Counted from the stretch's first letter, positions 1 to 13,469 are shown. The stretch is 64,000 nucleotides of DNA from Syntrophales bacterium (GCA_963666365.2 CAXXNF010000002.1:544001-608000); one strand, 5' to 3'. The notes: generated by a model not told the origin, from the sequence alone. A program made the numbers and translations.

Positions 1-38
1 GCAGCGCCTCTTTGTTAGAAAGCGCGCGAAAACGAAAA

Positions 39-137
39 CCGCTTGGATCCTTCAGGAGGACTGGGACGGGAGTTTCGACGCCGGAGAAATGAGTGCAATC
101 GAGCCTTCCGTCCATATAGACGGCAAGGCTTTTTTTA
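39..137 (+). promoter_or_regulatory. Probable pan RNA motif / attenuator leader upstream of panC, ending in an intrinsic terminator
   Basis: CCGCTTGGATCC...AGGACTGGGACGG, then the hairpin AGCCTTCCGTC-CATATA-GACGGCAAGGCT and a T-run 20 nt before the panC start. Resembles the pan motif as I recall it from pantothenate operons; no covariance search run. Confidence 0.6.
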
Positions 138-156
138 TTTTTGAGAACACGATGAT

Positions 157-1017
157 ATGAAACTATTTGAAAGTGCCCAATTGATGCAGCGCCACAGCGA
201 ATCGCTCAGAGTGCAGGGCAGGCGCATCTCCTTTGTCCCCACCATGGGCTATCTCCACGAGGGACATCTGAATCTGATGAGGGAGGGGAAAAGACGGGGA
301 GATTATCTTGTGGTAAGCATATTTGTCAACCCGACGCAGTTCGGTCCTCAGGAAGACCTTGAAAAATATCCGCGTGATTTTGAAGGGGATGAGAGACGCG
401 CCGCATCGGTAGGGGTCGATGCGATTTTTTATCCTGCCAATGAAGAGATGTATCCCCCGAACTATCAGACATACGTCACCGTTGAAGAAGTTACCAAAAA
501 TCTCTGCGGTCAGTCGAGACCGATTCACTTTCGAGGAGTCGCCACGGTCTGCGCGAAACTGTTTAACATTGTGAAACCCCATGTGGCCGTTTTCGGAAAG
601 AAGGATTTTCAGCAGCTGGTCACAATACAGCGAATGGTGCGGGATCTGAACATGGATCTCGAAATTGTGGGGCTTGACACCACGAGAGAACAGGACGGCC
701 TTGCCATGAGTTCCCGCAATGCCTATTTGAAGGAAGCTGAAAGAGAATCGGCCCTCAGCCTGAGCCGATCCCTTGTGCGGGCAAAAAAACTTTACGATAC
801 GGGCGAGCGGAGTTCGGGAAAAATCATCCGCGCAGTGCAGGAGTTTATTACATCTTATGGTGGAACCAGGATCGATTATGTGAAGATCTGCGATACCGAA
901 ACCATGGAAGATGTGGAGCATATAGAACGGGAGTCCGTTCTGGCATTAGCCGTATGGGTGGGTTCAACACGACTGATAGACAATTATGTCTTTGGCCAAC
1001 CCCTCAATATTACATAA
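157..1017 (+). CDS. panC: Pantoate--beta-alanine ligase
   Basis: VPTMGYLHEGH (HIGH-like), FVNPTQF, FGKKD, LAMSSRN and RLIDN motifs. Confidence 0.97.
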   Translation: MKLFESAQLMQRHSESLRVQGRRISFVPTMGYLHEGHLNLMREGKRRGDYLVVSIFVNPTQFGPQEDLEKYPRDFEGDERRAASVGVDAIFYPANEEMYPPNYQTYVTVEEVTKNLCGQSRPIHFRGVATVCAKLFNIVKPHVAVFGKKDFQQLVTIQRMVRDLNMDLEIVGLDTTREQDGLAMSSRNAYLKEAERESALSLSRSLVRAKKLYDTGERSSGKIIRAVQEFITSYGGTRIDYVKICDTETMEDVEHIERESVLALAVWVGSTRLIDNYVFGQPLNIT

Positions 1018-1032
1018 AAGGTGGGTACGAAT

Positions 1033-1389
1033 ATGCAACGGAGCATGCTAAAATCCAAGTTACATCGAGCAACCGTTACGGATGCGCAACTGCACTATGA
1101 AGGAAGTGTAACTATCGACGTGGATCTTATGGAAGCAGCCGACATTCTTCCCTATGAGCAGGTTGATATCTATAATGTCACAAACGGGGAACGTTTTTCA
1201 ACATACGTGATCAAGGGTAAGGCAGGATCGGGAGTCATTTGTCTCAATGGCGCCGCGGCGCGAAAGGCATCGAAGGGCGATCTTGTCATCATCGCAAGTT
1301 ACGTCATGGTTGACGATGCCGAGGCAAGAGACTGGACCGTGAAGTGCTATCTGCTTGACGAGCGGAACAAGATAAAAAAGAAAGCCTAA
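1033..1389 (+). CDS. panD: Aspartate 1-decarboxylase (pyruvoyl-dependent)
   Basis: [20 protein letters not shown] cleavage site, [18 protein letters not shown] at 1033 preferred to GTG at 1021. Confidence 0.97.
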   Translation: MQRSMLKSKLHRATVTDAQLHYEGSVTIDVDLMEAADILPYEQVDIYNVTNGERFSTYVIKGKAGSGVICLNGAAARKASKGDLVIIASYVMVDDAEARDWTVKCYLLDERNKIKKKA

Positions 1390-1420
1390 CCGGGTAAGAC
1401 AACGGAAATTATGTATCCGT

Positions 1421-1459
1421 AAAGAGGGGGTGAGCAGCTATGTGCACCCCCCTTCTTTT
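1421..1459 (+). terminator. Intrinsic terminator after panD
   Basis: GGGGGTG...CACCCCC stem followed by TTCTTTT. Confidence 0.6.
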
Positions 1460-1539
1460 CATTTGTTGAAAAAGCAATGGAGTTCTGATATGAAGGCGTC
1501 CTGATTCCGTAAGCGATACAAGGACCTTTGATACAGGGA

Positions 1540-2173
1540 ATGAAGAACACAATAAAGAAGATATTTTTAACGGGCATCGCGGCCCTTATTCCCATTGGCG
1601 TCACAGTATATGTGCTCTTCTTTATTATAAAGATGATGGGCAATCTGATGAACATCATCCCGCCCCGGTATCAGCCGGATCAACTACTCTCATTCCATAT
1701 TCCCGGGCTTGATATCGTAATCACCATCGTGCTTATATTCATCATTGGTCTCATTACGAAAAGCTACATTGGAAACAAGGTCGTAGGGTGGGGCGAGTTC
1801 ATACTCGGTAAAATTCCCATCGTGCGGACCATTTACAACGGGGTTAAGATACTTGTCGAAGCCATATTCGGCGAGAAAAGCGAAAGCTTCAAGCGTGTTG
1901 TGCTTATCGAATATCCAAGAAAAGGCCTCTACTCGATCGCCTTTGTAACGGGAATCGCCAGGGGGGAAGTACAGGAAAAGACGGCGCAACGGTGTATTAA
2001 CATATTTCTTCCGACCACACCGAATCCGACCTCCGGTTTTTATCTGATGGTGCCGGAAACGGATGCCATCAATCTTGATATGACAGTGGACGAGGCATTT
2101 ACCTTAATCATATCAGGGGGGGTGTTTACACCTCGCCAAGTAGTGAACGAGAAAATAGCAAAGGAGATGATTC

Positions 2174-2190
<17 letters not shown>
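1540..2190 (+). CDS. DUF502 family membrane protein
   Basis: Two N-terminal TM segments, IPIVRTIY, VVLIEYPRKG and FLPTTPNPTSGF motifs. Confidence 0.88.
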
Positions 2191-4605
<2,415 letters not shown>

Positions 4606-4718
4606 ACATTAGGCTGACACATCACAAAGACCAATCGGGGGGATTTCGATTTCCCCCCCCCCGCAGGTTTTTTTTCATGTGGTCGGAAGGGCTTTCCGGT
4701 TCAGCCTCAACTTTGACC

Positions 4719-5801
4719 TCACGTTCGTATCCGAAGGAACATGAATAGCGCGAGAAACCCGAGGAGTGCATTTGCGGACCAGGCGGCAAGAAGAGGAGGC
4801 ATTGCACCTGATCGCCCAAGAGAGATGGTAAAGGCAAATACGATCCAGTAGGAAAGTCCAAGCACAATGCCGATTCCCATGCTCTGGACCACACCGCCGC
4901 TCCGTTCCGCTCTCGAAGAGAAGCATATTCCCAGAATTCCAAGGATCACGCTGACCACCGGAAAAGCAATCTTTCCATACAGGTCCGCCCGGTAGCGGGT
5001 GGTGTCGTAGCCTTCCCTCTGAAGCTTCTGGATATAGCCCTTCAGTTCGCCATAGCCCATTTCATCGGTATCTTTCTGAACAATCATGAAATCGGATGGT
5101 TTCTCAGGGAGATCGACCGGGGACGACCCCTTTTTTTCGACAACGGGAAAGCCATCCTGAGGAAATGTGGTGATAAGTACATCATAAAAAATCCAGGCGT
5201 CGTTAATCCAGACCGCTTCTTTCGCATCAATTCTCTTTATTATGCGCATGTGTGCATCGAGGTAATTTATTCGAATACCCCGCACTATCCCTTTGACGGG
5301 GTCAAACACGTCAAAATTGTAGATTCCGTCCTTTGCCCGATACCATATCTGATTCTGTGTAAAAGTGCCGCTCTGCTGTCGTTTCTGTATTTCGACATGT
5401 TTTACATGTTTGACCTGCTGATTGGCGTGGGGTGTGATATATTCGTTCAGGAAGAATGAAAAAAGCGCAATGACTGCGGCAATAGCGATAATGGGTGCTC
5501 CGGCGCGATAGATGCTTATCCCGGTTGCCTTCATCGCAGTAAGTTCACTGTGCTTCGAGAAAAGACCGAAAGTAATGAGCGATGATAGAAGCACGCCTAC
5601 GGGAAGCATCTGTGACAGGATCATGGGAATGCTGAATACGAAATAGGCACAGATCTGCGACGGTGTGGCTCTGTTGCTCGCGAACATTCGAATCCGCTCG
5701 AAGAAATCAACGATAAGGTAGATCGCTGCAAGCGAGACAACGACTAAGCAGAATGTTTTTGCAAATTCCTTCAGTATGTAGCGGTCAATAGTGGTCATCA
5801 C
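4719..5801 (-). CDS. lptG: LPS export ABC transporter permease LptG
   Basis: IDRYI start, SELTAMKATGIS, 3 TM + periplasmic domain + 3 TM, PPLLAAW; downstream of an lptF paralog. Confidence 0.88.
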   Translation of the reverse strand: MMTTIDRYILKEFAKTFCLVVVSLAAIYLIVDFFERIRMFASNRATPSQICAYFVFSIPMILSQMLPVGVLLSSLITFGLFSKHSELTAMKATGISIYRAGAPIIAIAAVIALFSFFLNEYITPHANQQVKHVKHVEIQKRQQSGTFTQNQIWYRAKDGIYNFDVFDPVKGIVRGIRINYLDAHMRIIKRIDAKEAVWINDAWIFYDVLITTFPQDGFPVVEKKGSSPVDLPEKPSDFMIVQKDTDEMGYGELKGYIQKLQREGYDTTRYRADLYGKIAFPVVSVILGILGICFSSRAERSGGVVQSMGIGIVLGLSYWIVFAFTISLGRSGAMPPLLAAWSANALLGFLALFMFLRIRT

Positions 5802-5860
5802 GGTAATTAATCTTTAATGTTCTATAAATTTAAGCGCTCCAGGGACTTAATCTTCTTCCT

Positions 5861-7036
5861 TTATCCGCTGTTTTGCTGATGGAGTCTTTCGTAGAAATTT
5901 TTTGCCGAATGTAGTCCCCAGTACGGATCTTCCCTGGCCGCTGCAATCAGCGCATATGCCCCAACGGGGCCGAGTAAGAACAGGGGCACCCACATCCCCA
6001 TAAAGGGCGGAATCTTGCCCGTTTCAGCCATGGCCTGTCCCCACAACTGCATTACATAGTAGAGTACCACGATTGCCAATCCCAGCACAAAACCCCGTGA
6101 CTTGGCCGTTCTTTGCCGCACAAGAGACAGGGGAAGCGCAAGCAGGCCAAAGACAATGCATGAAAGTGGAAGCGTTATTTTTTTGTGCAGTTCGATACGA
6201 TATTCTCTCTTTTGCCCGCCACCGGTTTCCGAAGCGCTTATACCGCGGAATAGTTCCGAAAGAGTCATTTCCTTGCTGTCTTTTCGTGTAGTGTGCGCTG
6301 TTCCCGGAAGCGTTTGAGAGAGGTTGAGGGAAATATCGTAGGAAGAAAAATCCATCTTCTTGTAGGTTTTAAGTGTGGCTCCTGCAGTATGAGTGCTTCC
6401 CTTCTCAAGGTGCAAGAACAGTTGCGACGATTCAGGATTCGTGATGAGATGTCCGCGCTCCGCCACTATGGTGATCGGATCCGATGCAATGCGGTGGTCT
6501 GAAATAAAAATTCCTTCCATGTGTCTTCCGTCCATCGGTATGGAATTGGCGTACAGTACAATGCCGGGGAAGGTATCGTTAAACACCTTTTCTTTGATGC
6601 CGATGCCGGCCTTCTGCTTTGCGATGTCAAAGAGAAGAAGGCGGACGGCACTGTTTCCGAGGGGGCTGAAAAAGATGCCCATCAATGCAGTAATCACAAG
6701 GGTGACAATCGATAGGGCGGCAACGGGGGGCATTAGCTGGTAGACCCCGATGCCGGCGGACTTCATCGCCGTAATTTCACTGTCGCGGGACAATCGGCCC
6801 ATGCCTGTCAGAATCGCGATAAGAAGGGATATGGGGATAGTGATCGTGAAAAAAGAGGGCATCAGGAACAGGATGAGATGTGCGATGGTAATAAGCCCGA
6901 TGCCTTTGTTGATCATAAGATCCATCATCTGTAGAATTCTTCCCATAAGCAGCACAAAGGTGAGGATGACGAGCATCAACAGAAAGGGGAACAATATTTC
7001 TTTGAACATGTAGAGTGTCAGAGTTCGGGTTTTCAT
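5861..7036 (-). CDS. lptF: LPS export ABC transporter permease LptF
   Basis: GRLSRDSEITAMKSAGIG, ELHKKITLP, YjgP/YjgQ topology. Confidence 0.88.
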   Translation of the reverse strand: MKTRTLTLYMFKEILFPFLLMLVILTFVLLMGRILQMMDLMINKGIGLITIAHLILFLMPSFFTITIPISLLIAILTGMGRLSRDSEITAMKSAGIGVYQLMPPVAALSIVTLVITALMGIFFSPLGNSAVRLLLFDIAKQKAGIGIKEKVFNDTFPGIVLYANSIPMDGRHMEGIFISDHRIASDPITIVAERGHLITNPESSQLFLHLEKGSTHTAGATLKTYKKMDFSSYDISLNLSQTLPGTAHTTRKDSKEMTLSELFRGISASETGGGQKREYRIELHKKITLPLSCIVFGLLALPLSLVRQRTAKSRGFVLGLAIVVLYYVMQLWGQAMAETGKIPPFMGMWVPLFLLGPVGAYALIAAAREDPYWGLHSAKNFYERLHQQNSG

Positions 7037-7169
7037 TGCCGTGACCAAAATTTTTATAGGAATGACAGTATATAGCAGTAAATCGGCGTCGGTTCAATCT
7101 TTCTTGGATTGACCTTTTTATATAAATTTGTTACAGCCTGTTTTTCTAGAGGTTTGAGGAGGTTCAGCG

Positions 7170-7823
7170 GTGATAGATTTTCACACCCACTCGTTGATGA
7201 GCGATGGAGAACTGCTCCCTTCGGAACTTGTCCGAAGGGCCGTTGCCATTGCCTATCGGGCTATTGCAATTACAGATCATGCCGACCACTCGAACTATGA
7301 TTTTGTCATCCCCAGAATCATTGATGTCTGCGAACGGTTATCCGCTGCCTATCCGATCCGGGTGCTTCCGGGGATTGAAATTACCCATGTGCACCCGGGG
7401 GATATTGCCGATCTCGCAAAGGAGGCCAGATCGCTGGGGGCGCGAATTATTGTCGTCCACGGGGAAACAATTGTTGAACCGGTTGCCCCGGGAACGAATC
7501 ATGCCGCCCTCCATGCCGACATTGATATTCTTGCCCACCCCGGGTTGATTGCACAGGAGGACGCCTTTCTTGCAGCGGAAAAGGGGATATTCCTTGAACT
7601 GACGGCTCGAAAAGGACACAGTCTTACCAATGGCCATGTTGTGTCGGTTGCCCGCCGCTGCGGCGCAGGATTATTGTTGAACACGGACAGTCATTCCCCG
7701 GGCGATTTGATTACGAAGGAACAGGCACGAAGAATTGCCGAAGGTGCGGGCATGAGCGGCGAGGAAATCGACAGGATGATTCGAAGCGCTGAAATGCTCA
7801 GCGGTGTGATTGGCGGATCATGA
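7170..7823 (+). CDS. PHP-domain protein (histidinol-phosphatase-like)
   Basis: DFHTHS..SDG, ITDH, GIEITH, AHPG, NTDSH metal-binding motifs. Confidence 0.85.
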   Translation: MIDFHTHSLMSDGELLPSELVRRAVAIAYRAIAITDHADHSNYDFVIPRIIDVCERLSAAYPIRVLPGIEITHVHPGDIADLAKEARSLGARIIVVHGETIVEPVAPGTNHAALHADIDILAHPGLIAQEDAFLAAEKGIFLELTARKGHSLTNGHVVSVARRCGAGLLLNTDSHSPGDLITKEQARRIAEGAGMSGEEIDRMIRSAEMLSGVIGGS

Positions 7824-8551
7824 GGGCTGTGTTTTTGTCAGACGCCCATCTTCGTCGTGAGAGCGATGGCGGTTATGAACGCCTTATTCGTTTCCTTGAG
7901 CGGCATAAATTCACAATTACTCATTTGTTTATTGTAGGCGATTTTTTCGATTTTTGGTTTTGCGACAGGGAGCATATCTATCCCGAGTTTGAACGTATGA
8001 TAGCCGAATTAGTGGACATTAAAAAAGCTGGTGTTGAAATTTTGCTCTTTGAGGGGAATCATGACTTTTTTTTGGCGCCTTTTTTTGAAAAATGCGGCAT
8101 GAAAGTTTTCGAAAACGATGCGATCATCGATTTGGACGGGAAACGGCTGTTTGTGTCTCACGGCGACAAGGTTGATACTTCAAATAAGGGATATTTGTGT
8201 TTACGGCGTATATTGCGAAGCGGATTGTTTTACAAACTCCAAAAGATGCTGCCATCATCTCTGTTGTGGCGCATTGCCGCGCTGAGTTCCAAGACCAGCA
8301 AAAACTATCTTGCGAAACGACCCGATGGACTTGCGCAGAAAATGCGAACCTTTGCGCTGGGCAAATTTGGTGAAGGTATTGACGCGGTCATACTCGGGCA
8401 CAGCCATCAAGCGCTTCTCGAAGAATACAGGGTGGGTGAAAAGACTCGAATATTCTCACTGTTGGGGGACTGGATCAGCCACTATACCTATTTGACATAT
8501 TGTGATGGCAGATTTTATTTTTCATGGTATAAGGAGGAAACATCAATTTAA
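7820..8551 (+). CDS. lpxH: UDP-2,3-diacylglucosamine diphosphatase
   Basis: Metallophosphoesterase motifs SDAHL, GDFFDFW, GNHDF, HGD, GHSH, LGDW. Confidence 0.8.
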   Translation: MRAVFLSDAHLRRESDGGYERLIRFLERHKFTITHLFIVGDFFDFWFCDREHIYPEFERMIAELVDIKKAGVEILLFEGNHDFFLAPFFEKCGMKVFENDAIIDLDGKRLFVSHGDKVDTSNKGYLCLRRILRSGLFYKLQKMLPSSLLWRIAALSSKTSKNYLAKRPDGLAQKMRTFALGKFGEGIDAVILGHSHQALLEEYRVGEKTRIFSLLGDWISHYTYLTYCDGRFYFSWYKEETSI

Positions 8552-8606
8552 TGAGGAACCGGACGAGATTGACCTTGCAGTACCGGGTAAGCGGTATCTG
8601 TGGTGA

Positions 8607-9479
8607 ATGAATGCTATGAATTTTGGTGGAATAGACGCAGTCGAATACACATCCTTTGAAGATGCCCTCTTTGCAGTCCTTCCCGTTCCCTATGATCTGA
8701 CCTCCACCTATCAAGCGGGGTCCAGAAAAGGGCCTGCCGCTATCGTGGAAGCGTCGTCGAATATGGAGCTCTATGACGAAGAATTGAGAAAGGAAACCTA
8801 TCGGTCGGGAATCTATACGCTGGAACCACTTGAAATAGACGCCAGAGGCCCCCGACACATGATCGACCGGATTCGGAATGAAACGGCACAAATTCTGAAA
8901 AGCGGCAAAATTCCCGTTATCCTCGGCGGAGAACACAGTATCAGTATTGGTGCCGTTGAAGCGATGAAGGAGCAGTACCCGAATATTTCGGTACTTCATT
9001 TCGATGCACATGCCGATATGAGGGATTCCTATCAGGGGACGCCCTACAGTCATGCCTGCGTGGCACGGAGAATAAGTGAAATCTGTCCGGTCGTCCAGGT
9101 AGGAATACGAAGCATGAGCAGTGAAGAAGCCCTTTTCATCGAACGCACCAACAGAGAGATTATAAATCCCACAGAACTCAATTCGCCTGACAGTATCGAG
9201 CGAATCTGCGGGAAGCTCACGAAGGATATATACATCACAGTTGATCTCGATGTCCTCGACCCCTCGGTAATGCCGGCGACGGGTACGCCTGAACCGGGGG
9301 GCATACTCTGGAAGGATCTGATTCGCCTGGTATGTGAGGTCTCACATAACGGAATGATACGTGGATTCGACGTGGTGGAACTGTGCCCCATACCCGGTTT
9401 GATTGCTCCCGATTTTACGGCTGCAAAGCTTGTGTACCGTATTATGGGGTATATCGATAGAAAAAATACTATGTGTTAA
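8607..9479 (+). CDS. speB: Agmatinase
   Basis: GGEHSI, DAHAD, DLDVLDP, GTPEPGG ureohydrolase motifs; next to an arginine decarboxylase. Confidence 0.93.
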   Translation: MNAMNFGGIDAVEYTSFEDALFAVLPVPYDLTSTYQAGSRKGPAAIVEASSNMELYDEELRKETYRSGIYTLEPLEIDARGPRHMIDRIRNETAQILKSGKIPVILGGEHSISIGAVEAMKEQYPNISVLHFDAHADMRDSYQGTPYSHACVARRISEICPVVQVGIRSMSSEEALFIERTNREIINPTELNSPDSIERICGKLTKDIYITVDLDVLDPSVMPATGTPEPGGILWKDLIRLVCEVSHNGMIRGFDVVELCPIPGLIAPDFTAAKLVYRIMGYIDRKNTMC

Positions 9480-9491
9480 GGAGAACCGCAA

Positions 9492-10040
9492 TTGAATCCA
9501 TTTGTCCCTAAAAAAATATTTTTAACAAAGGGGGTGGGGTTCCATAGAGAAGAACTCCATTCTTTCGAGCTCGCTCTGAGAAGCGCCGGCATCGAAAAAT
9601 GCAATTTGGTCAATGTTTCGAGCATTTTTCCTCCGGGCTGCAAAATGGTGTCGCCTCAAAAAGGGTTGAAAGAGCTACAGACGGGCGGCATTACTTTTTG
9701 CGTGATGAGCAGATGCTCAAGCAACGAACCCAGAAGACTTATTGCTGCATCCATCGGGTTGGCGATTCCGACGGACCGAAAGGCCTATGGATATATCAGT
9801 GAGCACCATGCCTTCGGGCAGACCCAGAAACAGGCGGGAGACTATGCGGAAGACCTCGCAGCGGCAATGCTCGCCTCAACGCTCGGCATAGATTTTGATA
9901 TAGACGCGAGCTGGGACGAAAAGGAAGAAATCTTCAAAATAAGCGGTAAGATAGTTAAAACCACAGAGGCCACCCAGTCGGCGATTGCAAAAACCGGAGG
10001 TTATACATCGGTCGTTGCGGCGGCGGTGTTTCTCTTTTAA
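9492..10040 (+). CDS. pdaD: Pyruvoyl-dependent arginine decarboxylase (PdaD/AaxB family)
   Basis: [22 protein letters not shown] cleavage site, [18 protein letters not shown] start after a GGAG RBS. Confidence 0.88.
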   Translation: MNPFVPKKIFLTKGVGFHREELHSFELALRSAGIEKCNLVNVSSIFPPGCKMVSPQKGLKELQTGGITFCVMSRCSSNEPRRLIAASIGLAIPTDRKAYGYISEHHAFGQTQKQAGDYAEDLAAAMLASTLGIDFDIDASWDEKEEIFKISGKIVKTTEATQSAIAKTGGYTSVVAAAVFLF

Positions 10041-10233
10041 CAACTACGATATGCAGTACTGCAACGGGGTACTGTGCCGTTTTAACTTGTAACACCTTTG
10101 TCACATTAAGGAAAGGAATCGGCCCTAACACCGAGACCGAAACCCTCAGCGCACATACCGCTTCCGATTTTCCTCATTCATCATTGATGGCCGGAACAAT
10201 AATAAGACGACGGCGAGGAAAAAGAGAGGAGGT

Positions 10234-12462
10234 ATGTGTGTGCATGTGACAATCAGTAATGCTCTGTATCTTATTCCCCCCTTGTTCGGCTTTATGGTGT
10301 TTGCCTTACTTTCCACCCTTGCAATGATGCGAGGAGGGAAAAGTCAAAAGGGACGATTATTTGCCGGAATCTGTGTCATGGGCGGATTGATCAATCTGGA
10401 TATGGCACTGGTGACTGCCATTCCGGATGAAGCGCTGGCACTCAGAATTGACCGCCTTATCTACGTGCTGTTTGTTTTCAGTATTCCTCTCTATATCCGT
10501 TTCGTGCATGCGTACCTTGCAATTACTCGCCTGAAATGGCTTGAGTGGATCGCCTATGGTCTAAGCGTGTTTTTTCTTCTCTTTACTCAGACTGATTATT
10601 TCTTAAAGGGCATTTACTATTATCCCTGGGGGAGGATTGCCAAGGCGGGTCCCTGTTATTATCTTTTTGCCCTTGCGGCAACCTTTACCGTTATTTACTG
10701 TCTGATTTCACTTGCAATATCCTTCCACCGCACACAAAGCAGTCAATCGAAAAACAGAATTAAATACATTATTGCGGGATTGAGCATGAGCACCTTTCTA
10801 ATCCTCCTGAATGTTCTTCCAGTGAGTGGGGTATCTTTTTATCCCCTGGGGAATTTCAGTTTCATCCCTGCAATAGTGCTGGCCTTCGGTGTGTTGAAAT
10901 ACGATCTTCTCGATCTGGACTCGGTAGTGTGGAAGAGTGCGATCTATGGTACATTAACAATAATTATGTCATTAATATATGTAGTTGTAATATATTTATT
11001 CAACCTATACTTTATAAATATTGGTGCGGGGAAATCCCTCTTGCTCCCCCTTGTGCTTTCCCTTTTTATTGTCTTTCTTTTTGATCCGCTGAAAAATGGC
11101 ATTCAAAGGCTTTTCGACAGAATATTTTTCAGGGGGAAGTATGATTACCGCTCTACCTTGCGTCATATGAGCAGTGTCCTGACCTCCCTTCTGCGAAGAG
11201 ACGAGATTGTCGAGTTCCTTCTTGAGACAATATATGTACATCTGAAAGTGAGTCGTGCATCTCTCCTATTTATCGATAAGAGTAAAGAGGATATCGGGCG
11301 TATCAGATCTAAGGGTACGGTCCTCCCTGCGGTATTGCTCGATTCGATAGACGATTGGAAAGAAATTATTTCATATTTTGAAAGTGCTGCCGCCGAGGTG
11401 GTAACGCCGTCCAGTGTCCACAAGAGAGAGATGCACGCCTCTGCGCGGCGTGAAATTGCCAACCTCTGGGAGACGACAAAAACCGCACTTATTGTTCCCG
11501 TTGCATTTCAAGGAACGCTGAAGGGTCTGATATTATTAAGTGAGAAACGATCAGGCGAACTCTTCGTACATGAAGATGTTGAACTGTTGTCAACCATAGC
11601 AAATCAGGTGGCCATAGCACTGGCAAATGCTGAAAGTTATGAGAAAATCGAGTCTATTAATTTGGAATTGGAAAGAAAGGTAGAAGAGCGGACGGCTGCG
11701 CTGAAGCACGCATTACAGGAAAAGGAAACAACACAGAAACAGCTTATTGTATCGGAAAGTCTTGCAGCCATCGGTCAACTTGTTGCGGGAACGGCCCATG
11801 AACTGAACAATCCACTGTCCAGCGCGTCAAGCCTTGTTGAAACGAGCATTGGCACGGCTGAGTCCATAGAGCTTAATGACGAACGGTATGAGGAGATGAT
11901 CGACGATCTTAGATTTTCCTTGAAAGAGCTCCATCGGGCCGCCCACATTGTAAAGAGTCTTCTCAGTCTCTCGCGACAGACACAGACCTACACGGAGCCG
12001 GTTAACATGAATAACGTGATCGACGATGCACTGCGCGTGCTTAGCAATCGGTACAAGAGTCTGGACGTGACTATCGTTCGCCACTACGACGAAATGTTGC
12101 CGCACATCGAAGGTAATTTCGCCAATCTGGGGCAGGTATGCATCAACATTATAAAAAACTCCCTTCAGGCATTGCCGGTAAAGGGGGGAATAATAGAATT
12201 GACGACACACTTCATGGAGAAGAACAACAGCGTACACATAGAATGCCGTGATAACGGTGCGGGCATAGAAGATCGTTATCAATCAAAAATATTTGAACCT
12301 TTTTTTACCACGAAAGGAGTCGGAGAGGGTACGGGATTGGGACTCTATATCTCTCATGAAATTGTCAAACGTCATGGTGGTGCGATTACGGCAGGAAGCG
12401 AACGGGGTCAAGGAACGGTTGTCACCATAACATTGCCCACAAAAAGGAGGACATCATGGTAG
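10234..12462 (+). CDS. Membrane sensor histidine kinase (multi-TM N-terminus, GAF, HisKA, HATPase)
   Basis: Several TM helices, AHELNNPL H-box, DNGAGI, FEPFFTTK, GTGLGL. Confidence 0.93.
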   Translation: MCVHVTISNALYLIPPLFGFMVFALLSTLAMMRGGKSQKGRLFAGICVMGGLINLDMALVTAIPDEALALRIDRLIYVLFVFSIPLYIRFVHAYLAITRLKWLEWIAYGLSVFFLLFTQTDYFLKGIYYYPWGRIAKAGPCYYLFALAATFTVIYCLISLAISFHRTQSSQSKNRIKYIIAGLSMSTFLILLNVLPVSGVSFYPLGNFSFIPAIVLAFGVLKYDLLDLDSVVWKSAIYGTLTIIMSLIYVVVIYLFNLYFINIGAGKSLLLPLVLSLFIVFLFDPLKNGIQRLFDRIFFRGKYDYRSTLRHMSSVLTSLLRRDEIVEFLLETIYVHLKVSRASLLFIDKSKEDIGRIRSKGTVLPAVLLDSIDDWKEIISYFESAAAEVVTPSSVHKREMHASARREIANLWETTKTALIVPVAFQGTLKGLILLSEKRSGELFVHEDVELLSTIANQVAIALANAESYEKIESINLELERKVEERTAALKHALQEKETTQKQLIVSESLAAIGQLVAGTAHELNNPLSSASSLVETSIGTAESIELNDERYEEMIDDLRFSLKELHRAAHIVKSLLSLSRQTQTYTEPVNMNNVIDDALRVLSNRYKSLDVTIVRHYDEMLPHIEGNFANLGQVCINIIKNSLQALPVKGGIIELTTHFMEKNNSVHIECRDNGAGIEDRYQSKIFEPFFTTKGVGEGTGLGLYISHEIVKRHGGAITAGSERGQGTVVTITLPTKRRTSW

Positions 12463-13469
12463 GTCTTTTGGTTGTCGATGATGAAGAGGGGGTAAGACGA
12501 TCATTAAAGAAAGTGCTGGAAAAAGAAGGGTATGCGATATACCTCGCGGAAAGCGGTCAACGGGCGCTTGACATTGTCCGTGACGATCCGCTTGCAGTCG
12601 AAACAGTGATTTCAGATTATCGGATGCCCGGGATTGACGGGCTGGAAACACTTATCGAAGTGGGGAAGCTTAATCCTGAAATCACCCGGATCATGTTGAC
12701 GGGCTATGCGACGATGGAAAGCGCCATTGAATCGGTAAATGCCGGAATCGATGGATTTTTAACAAAGCCCTTTTCAAATGTCGAGCTGAAGGCCAAGATA
12801 AAGGAATATATACTTAAAAAAAGGCTTAAACAGTTTGTGTCCGAACAGGTATTGCAGGAAATGCAGCGGGGAGATGAAAAGATATCTCTTGTGCGAAAGA
12901 AGGTGAGTATACTTTTCTGCGATATACGAGGATTTACGGAACTTGCGGAAAAACTTTCTACTGAAAGGCTTTCCCATACGCTCAATGTCCATTATTTTAC
13001 GCCCCTCGACGATGTCATCTGTGATCACGGAGGAATGCTCGACAAGCACATCGGCGACGGCATAATGGCGATTTTCGGCGCCCCTGTATCATGCGAAAAT
13101 CCGGCAGAAAAAGCGGTAACCTGCGCCCTGAAAATACTGGAGACACTGGCGGAGACAAACAAAATATTAACATGCGCAGGGGAATCTGAAATCGAAGTCG
13201 GCATTGGCATCAGCACCGGCGAAGTGATGGCGGGACTCTTCGGCTCATGCCGCAAAAAGGAATATACCGTGTTTGGCAGGACCGTGAATATTGCGGCACG
13301 ACTTGAAACGCTGGCAAGGGCAGGGCAGATACTTCTTTGCGATGATACCTTTCAGACTATGGGAGGAACAGTCAAAACAGAAAAAATCGGACCTGTCCAT
13401 CTCAAGGGAATTAATAGGAATATCTGCATTCATGAAATTCGGGGAGCATTTTCCCCGAAAACCCCTTGA
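12456..13469 (+). CDS. Response regulator receiver fused to a class III adenylate/guanylate cyclase
   Basis: VVDDE, SDYRMPG, LTKP receiver motifs; FCDIRGF, DKHIGDG, VNIAARL cyclase motifs. Confidence 0.92.
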   Translation: MVGLLVVDDEEGVRRSLKKVLEKEGYAIYLAESGQRALDIVRDDPLAVETVISDYRMPGIDGLETLIEVGKLNPEITRIMLTGYATMESAIESVNAGIDGFLTKPFSNVELKAKIKEYILKKRLKQFVSEQVLQEMQRGDEKISLVRKKVSILFCDIRGFTELAEKLSTERLSHTLNVHYFTPLDDVICDHGGMLDKHIGDGIMAIFGAPVSCENPAEKAVTCALKILETLAETNKILTCAGESEIEVGIGISTGEVMAGLFGSCRKKEYTVFGRTVNIAARLETLARAGQILLCDDTFQTMGGTVKTEKIGPVHLKGINRNICIHEIRGAFSPKTP

